Notes under the pieces: generated by a model
The model's input: the letters and a program-made list of their open reading frames with translations, nothing else
Database searches by the model: none
What the model was told of the DNA's origin: nothing
Translations under genes and position numbers: made by a program
Part shown: in pieces, positions 19,205 through 28,392 of the stretch
How positions within the stretch are numbered: the stretch's first letter is position 1
Layout of the letters: the number at the start of each line of letters is the position of its first letter
DNA from: Candidatus Zixiibacteriota bacterium
Lineage (GTDB): Bacteria > Zixibacteria > MSB-5A5 > GN15 > JACZUZ01
Reading direction: 5' to 3'
DNA length: 64,000 nt
NCBI GenBank assembly: GCA_024280835.1
Contig: JAJRPJ010000006.1
Location: 358,098-422,097, forward strand

Positions 19205-21922
19205 ATGAAAAAGCTGTTAGCATTAAAGTCAGTATTGCGCCTCCTCATCACGGTTTTACTTATCTCATCTTCCGCTCTAGCCGCTGAAAAAACTGAAACT
19301 TGGCAATTGTCACTAGAATATGATCAGTCTTCACTTAGGGCGCTGAATGCTTCCGTTTGTCAGGGCGCTACGAAGAAAGTAGTAACCCCCGGAGTAAACG
19401 GAGCGCCTGCAAAAATTGATTACAATGTCGAATGGCTAGATCAATCGGGAGCGGTAATTTTCATCACTGAAACCAAACTACCTCTCGGAACAATCTCAAC
19501 TTTCACCGAGGGTGAACCTTGCACACGAAGGATCTCACAATCTGGATTCGTAACTTTACGTCTCGAAGGACCAGAGCTAAACTCAAATCCAAGCGCAATC
19601 CGCCTATCTCGTCCATCAACTCAGCGCTCAAGCGGTTTTGGTGAGCCCCTACCAAACTTGTTTACACAGAACACGCTTCTTGTTCCCATAGTGACTTTGG
19701 GAGCTAGAGCATTTGAGCCAGAAGGACCAGTCTCATCATTGAAAATTCGCGATGTCGGGCCAGATGATAATCGGTTGGTTTTTGTGATTATGGGAGATGG
19801 TTACACGGCGGCTAACTTGGCCAATGGTGATTTTGACGCCGATGTCCAAACTGTTATTGCTGCTTTCATAGGCCGCGCGCCTTGGGATGTGCTCTTTGAT
19901 GCTGTCAATATTTATCAGATCAGTGTCGAGAGTAACGAAGAGGGTTCAGACAATGACCCACTAGGAACAACCGTCGACACATATTTACACTCGTCATTTT
20001 GGGTCGCTGGCATCGAGCGTTTACTAGCTCTCGAAGGCCCTGGTTATGGCCGAGCGGTGGCCGCAGCTGACGCCTTTGTAGGGGTGGGCATGTGGGACGA
20101 GCTGGTTGTAGTGGTTAACTCAACTAAGTACGGCGGTTCGGGCGGCTCAATTTCTGTTATCTCGGTAAACGGCGCCGCCCCCGAAGTTCTTCTGCACGAA
20201 ATCGGACATACATTCGCAGGACTGGCAGATGAATACGACTATGGTGGCTCTGCTCCACCGACCAGCACAACTGAGCCTAATTCTGATTTGAATTACAATC
20301 CACCGAAATGGGAAGAGTGGATTCTACCGACTACACCACTACCGACACCAGTTCAGGGTAATGACACTCTAGTCGGAGCGTTTGAGGGTGGAGCCTACTA
20401 TCCCACTGGCTCTTATCGACCGTGGGTTGATTGCCTGATGCGCTCGCTGGGTCGTGAACTCGATCCAGTTTGTAAAGAAGCCCATGTGCTCGAACTTGCC
20501 AATCGGCTTAGTTTAGTTGATGACTTTTCTTTCAACGCCGCTCCAATTCTGATAGACACATTCAATACAGTGTTTTCATCAACTCCACTGACTCTACCAG
20601 GGCTTTCTTTCCAATGGAAAGTCAACGGGCTAACTCCCACTTGCGGCGTCGAACCAGTCTATCAAGTCAGCTCCACAGAACTTCCGAATTTCGTCAATGA
20701 TGTCCAATTGATTGTCGAATTCCCAACTCTCCTTGTTCGTCAGGATACAATTGTCGATACAATATTCTGGATAGCGATTATGGATTGCAACGGAAACGGA
20801 ATCAATGACAGCCTTGACATTCTCGGTGGAACACCGGATCTCAATAGCAATGGAATCATTGATGCTTGCGAAAGCAGTGGCTGTTGCGTTACACCAGGTG
20901 ACGCTGACGGCTCTGGGAGTACAAATGTCGGTGATGTAACATTTTTAATTGTCCGAATTTTCAACAGTGGCCCAGCGCCAATTTGCTCCGAAGAAGGTGA
21001 CGCTGACGCTAACGGTAGTGTCAACATCGCTGATGTAACATTTCTGATTGCCAGAATTTTTGGTGGTGGTCCAGCTCCTCAGTGTTTGTCGATGGGCTCG
21101 GGTAATTCAGAATGGACTGGACTGCCTTGCGCATTACCACAGGATATTTACGCTATCTGGGGACTGGCCGACGATGATATCTTTGCGGTTGGTGATGCGG
21201 GACTAATCTTACACTATGACGGATTCGGTTGGGAACCAAGATTAGGCGGCCAAGGCAATCAATTGATAGCGTTATGGGGAACAGCGGCAGATAATATCTA
21301 CGCCGTTGGAATCTCCGATGGTGTCTTGCTTCACTATAACGGAGTAGGCTGGAATCTCGAACCCAATGCTTCAACTTCGAATCTCTTTGGAATATGGGGC
21401 TCAGCGCCTGATGATGTCTTTATGGTAGGCTTCAATATGGTGCAACACTTTGACGGCTCCAGTTGGTCTGTGTCACATCCAGAATCATTTGCCTTCCTAA
21501 CAGGTGTCTGGGGCGCTGGCGCCATCGATGTCTATGTTGTGGGTTTTGGCGGAAAGATGTTACACTATGACGGCGCTTGGACAACTTTGCCTACAGTCAC
21601 TAACAAAGACCTCAATGCAATCTGGGGATCCGGACCAAACGATATTTTTTCGGTCGGAGCCACAGGAACTATTTTGCATTCAGCAGGTGGGGCATGGACT
21701 TCAATGTTCACAGGTGTCACCTCAGACCTAAACTGTATCTGGGGAACCTCGGGCGATGATGTCTATGCCGCAGGTGACAATGGAGTGATACTCCACTACA
21801 ATGGTACAATTTGGCAGCCTATGCAAAACTCAGGAACCGCCGACTTACAAGGAATCTGGGGAGCAAATTCAAACCTCCAGTCAGTAGGCAAAACTGGAAC
21901 AATCCTAAAGCTCGAAAACTAA
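19205..21922 (+). CDS. secreted M64-family (IgA-peptidase-like) metallopeptidase with two dockerin-type repeats and a C-terminal 7-repeat beta-propeller-like domain
   Basis: Signal peptide ending SSALA. HEIGHTFAGLADEY zinc motif typical of M64. Two GDAD(G/A)(S/N)GS.N..DVTFLI.RIF repeats. Seven repeats of about 40 aa each with the pattern IWG..(D)D(I/V)(F/Y)(A/V)VG..G.ILHY(D/N)G..W. Confidence 0.8.
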   Translation: MKKLLALKSVLRLLITVLLISSSALAAEKTETWQLSLEYDQSSLRALNASVCQGATKKVVTPGVNGAPAKIDYNVEWLDQSGAVIFITETKLPLGTISTFTEGEPCTRRISQSGFVTLRLEGPELNSNPSAIRLSRPSTQRSSGFGEPLPNLFTQNTLLVPIVTLGARAFEPEGPVSSLKIRDVGPDDNRLVFVIMGDGYTAANLANGDFDADVQTVIAAFIGRAPWDVLFDAVNIYQISVESNEEGSDNDPLGTTVDTYLHSSFWVAGIERLLALEGPGYGRAVAAADAFVGVGMWDELVVVVNSTKYGGSGGSISVISVNGAAPEVLLHEIGHTFAGLADEYDYGGSAPPTSTTEPNSDLNYNPPKWEEWILPTTPLPTPVQGNDTLVGAFEGGAYYPTGSYRPWVDCLMRSLGRELDPVCKEAHVLELANRLSLVDDFSFNAAPILIDTFNTVFSSTPLTLPGLSFQWKVNGLTPTCGVEPVYQVSSTELPNFVNDVQLIVEFPTLLVRQDTIVDTIFWIAIMDCNGNGINDSLDILGGTPDLNSNGIIDACESSGCCVTPGDADGSGSTNVGDVTFLIVRIFNSGPAPICSEEGDADANGSVNIADVTFLIARIFGGGPAPQCLSMGSGNSEWTGLPCALPQDIYAIWGLADDDIFAVGDAGLILHYDGFGWEPRLGGQGNQLIALWGTAADNIYAVGISDGVLLHYNGVGWNLEPNASTSNLFGIWGSAPDDVFMVGFNMVQHFDGSSWSVSHPESFAFLTGVWGAGAIDVYVVGFGGKMLHYDGAWTTLPTVTNKDLNAIWGSGPNDIFSVGATGTILHSAGGAWTSMFTGVTSDLNCIWGTSGDDVYAAGDNGVILHYNGTIWQPMQNSGTADLQGIWGANSNLQSVGKTGTILKLEN
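20897..21094 (+). repeat. intragenic tandem duplication (2 x 99 nt) encoding dockerin/EF-hand-like repeats
   Basis: GGTGACGCTGACGG... at 20897 and GGTGACGCTGACGC... at 20996. They translate to GDADGSGSTNVGDVTFLIVRIFNSGPAPICSEE and GDADANGSVNIADVTFLIARIFGGGPAPQCLSM. Confidence 0.85.
21142..21919 (+). repeat. seven tandem ~40-aa WG/ILHY repeats (propeller-like) at the C-terminus of the M64 protein
   Basis: Repeat units were read directly from the translation (DIYAIWG...ILHYDG..W, LIALWG...LLHYNG..W, and so on). Confidence 0.75.
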
Positions 21923-21936
21923 AACCCACTGCGCCA

Positions 21937-21975
21937 ACAAAAAAGCTGGGAGCGACACTAAAGTCGCCCCCAGCT
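21937..21975 (-). terminator. hairpin terminator between the convergent M64 and fibre genes (T-run on the minus strand)
   Basis: AGCTGGGAGCGAC / GTCGCCCCCAGCT stem at 21944-21975, preceded on the + strand by an A-run (a T-run for the minus-strand transcript). Confidence 0.7.
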
Positions 21976-22007
21976 TGGAATAAATATCAATACACTGATT
22001 TTGAGAA

Positions 22008-23849
22008 TCAGTCTTGCTCTATCAAATTGCTAACCAATTTCTCAAGACGCTCAAGACGCGCTTTCAAATCATTGTTCTCTTTGATTAGCGCTTTGGTTGC
22101 CGCCAGTGAAACGCCAGCGGGATCAAGCGTGCCAATAGCGCGCTCATCACCACCAAGTTTGAAAGTCTCATAGAACTCTTCAGCCATTGGCCCTATGTGT
22201 TCAACGTCATCACCTTGAGTTTTGTAGCTCCAACGATAAATCGACATTTGATCGACCTTGGCCAGAATGTCATCATCATCAACTGGCGTAATGTTCTTCT
22301 TGAGAGTCCGTGAAGAACCAGTCATCCACATCGAACCACCTGGCGGAACATAAACTCCACCACCCACACCCGCGGCAGGGTCAAAAGTAGAGTCACAAGT
22401 AGTCAGGAAGTAGAAACCATTGGTTGCGCGAGCGTTAAAAGTTTGTGGTCCTGAAGAATAATATGGCATAGTCAGGTTTGTGCCACCAATTGGACAGCAA
22501 TCCGCCCAAACGAATACGCAACTGTCATCGGCTCTGGCTTTTGTTCCAGCCGCAAAACTGTTGACACCACTGGCAATATTGCGGAATCCGCCTGCCACTG
22601 TTGCGTTGTCACCAGGCCCAGCAAAGTTGCCATCACCGCCGCCAATTGAAGCATTCGAGCCAGAAGTGAAATTACCAACACCGCCACCAATAGCATTGCC
22701 GTAACCACCTGCGACATTGTCAATGCCCCCACCAATAAAGGAAAACTCGCCGAAGGCCTTGTTGAACCTACCACCAGCGACTGCTGCCACTACATTGGTC
22801 TCATTGAATTGCCCACCACCGATAGCGGAATATTCGCCACGAGCCAGATTGTCCTGACCACCTCCGATAGCTGAGTACCGACCAATAGCGTTATTGATCT
22901 GGCCGCCACTGATTGCCGAGTATTGTCCTAACGCTAAGTTACTATCACCACCTGAAATAGTTGAGAAAAGGCTATCGGTGGTATTACGCCATCCACCACC
23001 AATAGATTGTCCAGCGAAATTGTTGGAAGTGCTGTTAAAGACACCACCAGAAATAACTGAAGTCCATGCGTTGGTTGTGTTGAGCGCGCCACCAGCGATG
23101 ACAGAAAACCTAGCTGGCGCTGTTACGTCGTTACGGAAACCAGTACCAATAATACTATAAGGCGAAGAAATATTATTAAACCAACCCTGCACAACAACGG
23201 AGTGGTTACCAAACACAGTAATATTGTGCCCACCTAAAATCGTTCCAACCCCTGGAAAATTGAGAAACGATGAGCTACCTGACATGCGTCCGAGAGGAGA
23301 AGGGGTCGACGAATCAAACAGTGTATCAGAGAACTCTGTGATATCAATCTCGTTGTCAGTACCACCCAGAATTGAACTATAATCGGAGTTATTGGTATTG
23401 TTGTCGCCACCAACAATTGAAAACAATCCGAGATTCGCGTTCCCTGGGCCCGTCGAAAACCCATCAACTGCCGCGGAATGCAGCGAATACGGGGCAGATG
23501 ACAAGGCTGTTCGTGGTGTTAGTTCAGGATCTGTTTCGACTGTAACGCCCAAATGTGTAGCTGGTTGCGCTCCAGAAAAAAGAGAAGAACCAAGTTGGAC
23601 AGTATTACCCAATGTGGCTTGATATAGTCCATTAGTGGCCGTTACCGTCTGAGCTTCCGTCCAAAGCGCCACGCCACCAGTTGGTGTAGAATAAAGACTG
23701 AATGACAAACTAAAGGAGCCAGTCAGCGGGGTTCCACCAGCGTCTGTGAGCAGACCTTGATGGTTGAGTGTCAATGGTGTCGCAAATGATTGTCCCATAG
23801 GAACAGCCAGCAATACCAGAAAAACTGTGAGAATACGTGCAACTCGCAT
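22008..23849 (-). CDS. secreted tail-fibre-like protein: YadA-head/Hep_Hag-like Gly-rich repeats plus C-terminal S74 intramolecular-chaperone (endosialidase-type) domain
   Basis: Signal peptide MRVARILTVFLVLLAVPMGQSFA, with ATG 23849 preceded by GGAAGG. Many (Y)SAIGGGQ.N-type repeats. C-terminus ...KKNITPVDDDDILAKVDQMSIYRWSYK...HIGPMAEEF... then the coiled coil LKARLERLEKLV. Confidence 0.75.
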   Translation of the reverse strand: MRVARILTVFLVLLAVPMGQSFATPLTLNHQGLLTDAGGTPLTGSFSLSFSLYSTPTGGVALWTEAQTVTATNGLYQATLGNTVQLGSSLFSGAQPATHLGVTVETDPELTPRTALSSAPYSLHSAAVDGFSTGPGNANLGLFSIVGGDNNTNNSDYSSILGGTDNEIDITEFSDTLFDSSTPSPLGRMSGSSSFLNFPGVGTILGGHNITVFGNHSVVVQGWFNNISSPYSIIGTGFRNDVTAPARFSVIAGGALNTTNAWTSVISGGVFNSTSNNFAGQSIGGGWRNTTDSLFSTISGGDSNLALGQYSAISGGQINNAIGRYSAIGGGQDNLARGEYSAIGGGQFNETNVVAAVAGGRFNKAFGEFSFIGGGIDNVAGGYGNAIGGGVGNFTSGSNASIGGGDGNFAGPGDNATVAGGFRNIASGVNSFAAGTKARADDSCVFVWADCCPIGGTNLTMPYYSSGPQTFNARATNGFYFLTTCDSTFDPAAGVGGGVYVPPGGSMWMTGSSRTLKKNITPVDDDDILAKVDQMSIYRWSYKTQGDDVEHIGPMAEEFYETFKLGGDERAIGTLDPAGVSLAATKALIKENNDLKARLERLEKLVSNLIEQD

Positions 23850-24184
23850 AGTACTTCCTTCCCAGCGCCCCAATAGCGGACGCAGATTAATAGAGTAGTT
23901 AGTCGGATTTTTATTTGATGTGATAAAATATATTTGTTGACGAGACAAACTGTAATTATCAGTTAATAATGTACAATTTCAGACCGTTATTTGCAAGAAG
24001 AATCTGGGCGCTTGGCTTTTTGGGATCATTCGATTACCGCCTCCTTTTATATTGTCAATTATCTCTTGCAGGATGATTATGGTCAGGGCATTATCTTGTG
24101 TTGATCGCAAAAAAATGATTACGGGCTAAGTGAATATTAACCAAGAAAATACAATACTTCAAAAAACCAATAAGGAACTAGACA

Positions 24185-24859
24185 ATGAAGACAGTAAGTA
24201 ATTTTTCAAAGGGACTATCCAAAATCAACTGGAGCGTTATGATGGTTTTGGCGCTAGCGCTTTCATTGAATGCTTGTGCAGACAAAAAAGAGTCAACCAA
24301 GTCAGAGCCAGCCGAAAGCTCCACCTTCGCCAGTAGCGATTTATCACCACTTGCGCCAGATCCGGCGCTCGATTGGGCCAAAGCTAGCGCCGCAGGTATG
24401 AGCTGGGAAATTCCAGCAGCGTGGACTGTTGGACCAGAGATGCCAATGCGGGCAGGGACATATTTTGCCTCGGCCTCTGACGGCGATTCGGAGCCAGCGG
24501 AGTGTCGGGTGAATTTCTTCGGCGCTGGGCAAGGCGGCGAGGTTGATGACAATATCCTGCGCTGGGCGAGGCAAATGGAAGTCGAAGGCGAAGAAGGCAA
24601 AAGTCCGACGCCAATAGTCAGGCGGATGGATGTCGGTGGCGTGCCAGTGGCGGTGATTGAGTTGAGTGGTGTATATTTGAGCAAGACCAGACCGATGGCT
24701 AAAGAGTTTACCCGCAAGACAGGTTTCAAAATGTTTGCCGCAATCGCTACAGCCGCTGAAGGAACTGTGTTTTTTAAGATGACAGGTCCGCTTAAAACCA
24801 TGGAAGCCAATCGTGAGAGCTTTCGGCAAATGATCGGGTCAATTGTCTCGGGTAGCTGA
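24185..24859 (+). CDS. hypothetical lipoprotein
   Basis: Lipobox LSLNAC. The coding strand was chosen over the fully overlapping antisense ORFs because of the signal peptide and an AGGA upstream. Confidence 0.6.
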   Translation: MKTVSNFSKGLSKINWSVMMVLALALSLNACADKKESTKSEPAESSTFASSDLSPLAPDPALDWAKASAAGMSWEIPAAWTVGPEMPMRAGTYFASASDGDSEPAECRVNFFGAGQGGEVDDNILRWARQMEVEGEEGKSPTPIVRRMDVGGVPVAVIELSGVYLSKTRPMAKEFTRKTGFKMFAAIATAAEGTVFFKMTGPLKTMEANRESFRQMIGSIVSGS

Positions 24860-25025
24860 TATTGCTAATGTCGTGGGACAAGGCGAAACTTATCTACTAT
24901 TGTTGACGTAGAGTTATTTGAGTTCTTACGTGAATGATTGTAAATGATATAGTCAAAAAAACAAATAGTTCCACACATACAGATTGATTTGGGCCGCCAA
25001 TTGACGCCCAAAGGAGAAAAGGACC

Positions 25026-25751
25026 ATGACTCGAACAGGTAATTCCGTCCACCCGCGCATTGTTTTTGGCTCGGCGTTAGTGATAATCGGACTCCTCTAT
25101 CTTTTTGACCACTTATTACCATATCGGTTCAATATCGGAGATTTCTGGCCGCTAATTTTCGTGATTTGGGGCATTGCGCGATTCAGTTCGCATGGCTCAA
25201 AAGGCTGGGCGTTTAGCGGTGGACTAATGGCTCTTGGTGGTTTCTTATTTTTGAGTGACTATTATCCCTTTAGCTACATCTTCGACTGGGATAACCTTTG
25301 GCCGCTGGCAATAATAGGCTTGGGTGGCTTTCTAATCACCAAAAGTCTCAATCAAAGTCAGGCCAATGAAAATATTCACGATTCAGCGTCAAGCGCGACA
25401 GATTATCTGAAAGCAACTGCATTCCTTGGCGGTCGCAAGCAATTTGTCACCTCTGCAAATTTTACTGGTGGCTCTGTCAATGTGACACTAGGTGGTCTAG
25501 AGATCGATTGTAGTTCAGCAAAACTATCAACCCAAACTCCAGAAGTCACATTAGATATTACACTTTTGATGGGTGGAATTGAGTTGATTGTTCCCGATGA
25601 TTGGTCAGTTGTGGTTCGAGTATCACCTTTCTTGGGTGGAGTAGACGACAAACGAATGAACCCTCGGACAAGTCCGACACAGGGAACGACACTAATTATT
25701 GATGGAGTTGTCATGCTCGGCGGTGTGGAGATTATCTCACGTCCGTCTTAG
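25026..25751 (+). CDS. membrane protein with LiaF/DUF2154-like C-terminal domain (cell-wall stress response type)
   Basis: Four N-terminal TM segments. The C-terminal G-rich beta pattern (GGSVNVTLGGLEIDCS ... LLMGGIELIVP ... VMLGGVEI) resembles the LiaF toast-rack domain. Confidence 0.45.
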   Translation: MTRTGNSVHPRIVFGSALVIIGLLYLFDHLLPYRFNIGDFWPLIFVIWGIARFSSHGSKGWAFSGGLMALGGFLFLSDYYPFSYIFDWDNLWPLAIIGLGGFLITKSLNQSQANENIHDSASSATDYLKATAFLGGRKQFVTSANFTGGSVNVTLGGLEIDCSSAKLSTQTPEVTLDITLLMGGIELIVPDDWSVVVRVSPFLGGVDDKRMNPRTSPTQGTTLIIDGVVMLGGVEIISRPS

Positions 25752-25780
25752 CGCTCAGAGTTGTGTTGTTTGCAAAAGTA

Positions 25781-27073
25781 TTATTGTTTGTAAATAATCC
25801 GTCTGAGTTGACCGCTTTTGGGGTTGAATGAATCATCGAATTGACGCAAATAATACAGCGCTCCATCAGCGCCAACAAAAGCATCAGGGATAGATTTCAG
25901 GCCCATAGCCCAGCTTAAAGACTTTTCTTGGCCAAGAACCGTAGGCGGGGAGATCCAATCTCCCCGCTTATTTTTTTTGAGGCGCCTGATGAATCCCTGA
26001 AAATAGTCTGTGTAGAAGTAATCTCCAAAATACTCCTCAGGCCAAGCAAATTCTCCATTTGCAGTGATTGGTCTATATATACATAGAGAAATCACAGAAG
26101 CCACAAAACCAGTTCGGTCATAATAAGCAACTGGTTGAATGTATTTCCCAAGGCGGCTCTTTTGACAATTCGGCTCAGCGCGAGGAGCTGGTCCTTCAAA
26201 AAAAGGCCAACCAAAGTTAGCGCCGCCACCACCATCGCCACCACTGGCATAAGGCACATAATCAATTTCTTCAAAATCAAGCAATCCGACATCAGCAATC
26301 ATCAAATCACCATTTTGGGGATCGATATTAAAACGAAACGGATTCCGTAATCCGAAGACATAGATAAGATTTGCTCTACTATCCTCGTAATCACTAAAAG
26401 GATTATCAGACGCCACAAGCGCCGAATAATCACCAGCTTTTAGTTGGGCTTCTTCTTTAGCAGTGAGGCGCACATCAAGCCGTAAAATCGAGCCACGTAA
26501 ATCTTTGATATCCTGCGCTACGCAAGAGGAGGCGTCATCGCCAAGTGAGACATAGAGCATACTATCAGGACCAAAGCGCAAAGTTCCCCCATTATGGTTC
26601 CAAGCCTGATCTGGAATATCTGAGAGAATGCTTAGTCGTGACTCAGGCGCTATAACCGAATCAGCGGTTCCGAAAGTCAGGCGCGTGATTTGGCAATGCC
26701 CACCCTTGGCGGTGTAATAGAAATATAAGTAGCCATTGGAGTCAAAGTTGGGATCCGCCACCACGCCTAAGAGACCACGCTCATTGCCGCCAGAAGTGTT
26801 AACATCTGCGAATGTATAAATCAAAGAGCGTCTTTCGGGATCATTGATGTTTAGCAAGAACATTTTTCCATTGTACTGTTCAAGAATCAAGATTTTCCCG
26901 TCAGGTAGCGCCGCCAGCGCCACAGGTGTGTCAAATCCACCTGCGACTAGCTCATCTGCAAAGCCAGTCGGTAGCTCAACTGCTTGCACATTGGCCGTAG
27001 CTAAGACAGTGATGAAAACGGCTCCTAAAAGCTCTCTGAAAATGACCCCGAATTTTCTGTTCACTCTAATCAA
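25781..27073 (-). CDS. PQQ-dependent sugar dehydrogenase (glucose/sorbosone dehydrogenase family)
   Basis: Signal peptide. GLLGVVADPNF, HNGGTLRFGPDSMLYVSLGD and GLRNPFRF blocks. Confidence 0.75.
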   Translation of the reverse strand: MIRVNRKFGVIFRELLGAVFITVLATANVQAVELPTGFADELVAGGFDTPVALAALPDGKILILEQYNGKMFLLNINDPERRSLIYTFADVNTSGGNERGLLGVVADPNFDSNGYLYFYYTAKGGHCQITRLTFGTADSVIAPESRLSILSDIPDQAWNHNGGTLRFGPDSMLYVSLGDDASSCVAQDIKDLRGSILRLDVRLTAKEEAQLKAGDYSALVASDNPFSDYEDSRANLIYVFGLRNPFRFNIDPQNGDLMIADVGLLDFEEIDYVPYASGGDGGGGANFGWPFFEGPAPRAEPNCQKSRLGKYIQPVAYYDRTGFVASVISLCIYRPITANGEFAWPEEYFGDYFYTDYFQGFIRRLKKNKRGDWISPPTVLGQEKSLSWAMGLKSIPDAFVGADGALYYLRQFDDSFNPKSGQLRRIIYKQ

Positions 27074-27280
27074 AATCGCGTCCTGTCGTTTATGGCAAAT
27101 TTCATTTATGCAGTCTCCTCTGCATTTTCTGAACTCTACCCAAGTTGCGTTACTTGAGTTCTTTCTTGCAAGTACAATTCCGCGTAGCTACTTTTTGTTC
27201 TGAAGAAGCGGCTAGGCGGTGAACTGAATACCAATTCACTGTTGGCCAGATAAACACGTTCAGATGAAACGAATATAGCT

Positions 27281-27859
27281 ATGAAACTGACCCTAGAAAG
27301 ACGCAGCTCGCCACCTGTACGCAAGGCCTTCGTGGGCAAACGCATTTTCTTGCGTCCCGCTAATACCGATGATTGCGAGACGATTCTAATGTGGGAAGAG
27401 CTGGCTGACCCCCAGCGTATGAGTCAATTCGTCGAGCCGATGCTACCACTTTCTAGGCGTTTGATGGAATTGAAGGAAAGCGCAGAGGATCCCATAGATA
27501 ATTCGGCTGCGGATTTGACAGTAGTCAATCGTAGCGATGAAGGATTGGTCGGCATGGTCTCTTTTCGGTCGTTGAATTTGCTGAACAGGTCAGCGCAGTT
27601 GGAAGTCATTAGCGCTCCAGAGAGCCATGATACATCAGAGATGGAAGAAGCCCTCGGTTTATTGATTGACTATCTTTTTTATCAATTCAATCTAAACTCT
27701 GTCTATGCAGAGGTCTCAGAATTGAACCGCATGGCAGTGACAGTCTTCAAAGAACTAGAGTTTAAATTGGACGGAACCCTACGGCAGAGACATTTCTTTG
27801 ACGGAACGTTTCATGATATCCATGCTTATTCACTTCTACGCTTCGAGACTCAGCGCTAA
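27281..27859 (+). CDS. GNAT-family N-acetyltransferase
   Basis: Rim-type GNAT pattern (LRPANTDD ... VGMVSF ... LNSVYAEVSELNRMAVTVFKELEF). Confidence 0.6.
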   Translation: MKLTLERRSSPPVRKAFVGKRIFLRPANTDDCETILMWEELADPQRMSQFVEPMLPLSRRLMELKESAEDPIDNSAADLTVVNRSDEGLVGMVSFRSLNLLNRSAQLEVISAPESHDTSEMEEALGLLIDYLFYQFNLNSVYAEVSELNRMAVTVFKELEFKLDGTLRQRHFFDGTFHDIHAYSLLRFETQR

Positions 27860-27870
27860 GCATTGTTGTA

Positions 27871-28368
27871 TTATTGGTTTGAAAGAGACTTGTTACGGCG
27901 GTGCAATACGAGAATCATGAGTGTGCCACCGAGGATGTCAGCTAGGACATCAAAGACATCGGCGAACCGGCCAGGGACAAATTTTTGATGAAACTCATCG
28001 CCAACGGCAAAGACCAGCAACAAAGCGAAAGTTAGAAGAGCCGCCATAGATCCAGAATTGAGTCGTGATTTGATTGCTAAACTATGCTCGAAGGAGCGAT
28101 AGAATAGAAAAGAAAAAACGGCATATTCAGAAAAGTGAATCAATTTATCAGCGCTAAAAAATCCAAGCTTCGGGGATTGCAAATGTGGGATAGAAGATAG
28201 GACGATAATTAGTCCTGCATAGAGCATCGCCGGAAGATGATAGGTTAGCATTGTTTTTGATTTTCTATTCATAGAACCCTCGAATGCGATAGCATACAAC
28301 AAGGGAACGATGACAGCAACACAGCCAAGAACTCTACGCCAATCTCCGTTCGATAGCGCCGAAGTCAA
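27871..28368 (-). CDS. VanZ-family membrane protein
   Basis: DKLIHFSEYAVFSFLF and DEFHQKFVPGRFADVFDVLADILG motifs. The true start may be the internal ATG at 28272 (MNRKSK...). Confidence 0.65.
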   Translation of the reverse strand: MTSALSNGDWRRVLGCVAVIVPLLYAIAFEGSMNRKSKTMLTYHLPAMLYAGLIIVLSSIPHLQSPKLGFFSADKLIHFSEYAVFSFLFYRSFEHSLAIKSRLNSGSMAALLTFALLLVFAVGDEFHQKFVPGRFADVFDVLADILGGTLMILVLHRRNKSLSNQ

Positions 28369-28392
28369 TCATTTCAAGTTTTGTAAGATTTA

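Noticed and set aside
19205-23948. Prophage or tailocin remnant, suggested by the tail-fibre/S74 domain protein.
   Set aside because: No other phage-type genes (capsid, terminase, portal, baseplate, integrase, lysis), att-like repeats or tRNA are seen within the surrounding 15 kb. Both genes carry Sec signal peptides, as cellular surface proteins do.
24178-24829. Two long antisense ORFs (210 and 161 aa) that fully overlap the 224-aa + strand ORF.
   Set aside because: Only the + strand ORF has a start context (AGGA), a signal peptide and a lipobox. The antisense translations are low-complexity Ala/Ser/Pro/Arg-rich, as expected for shadow ORFs opposite a coding frame.
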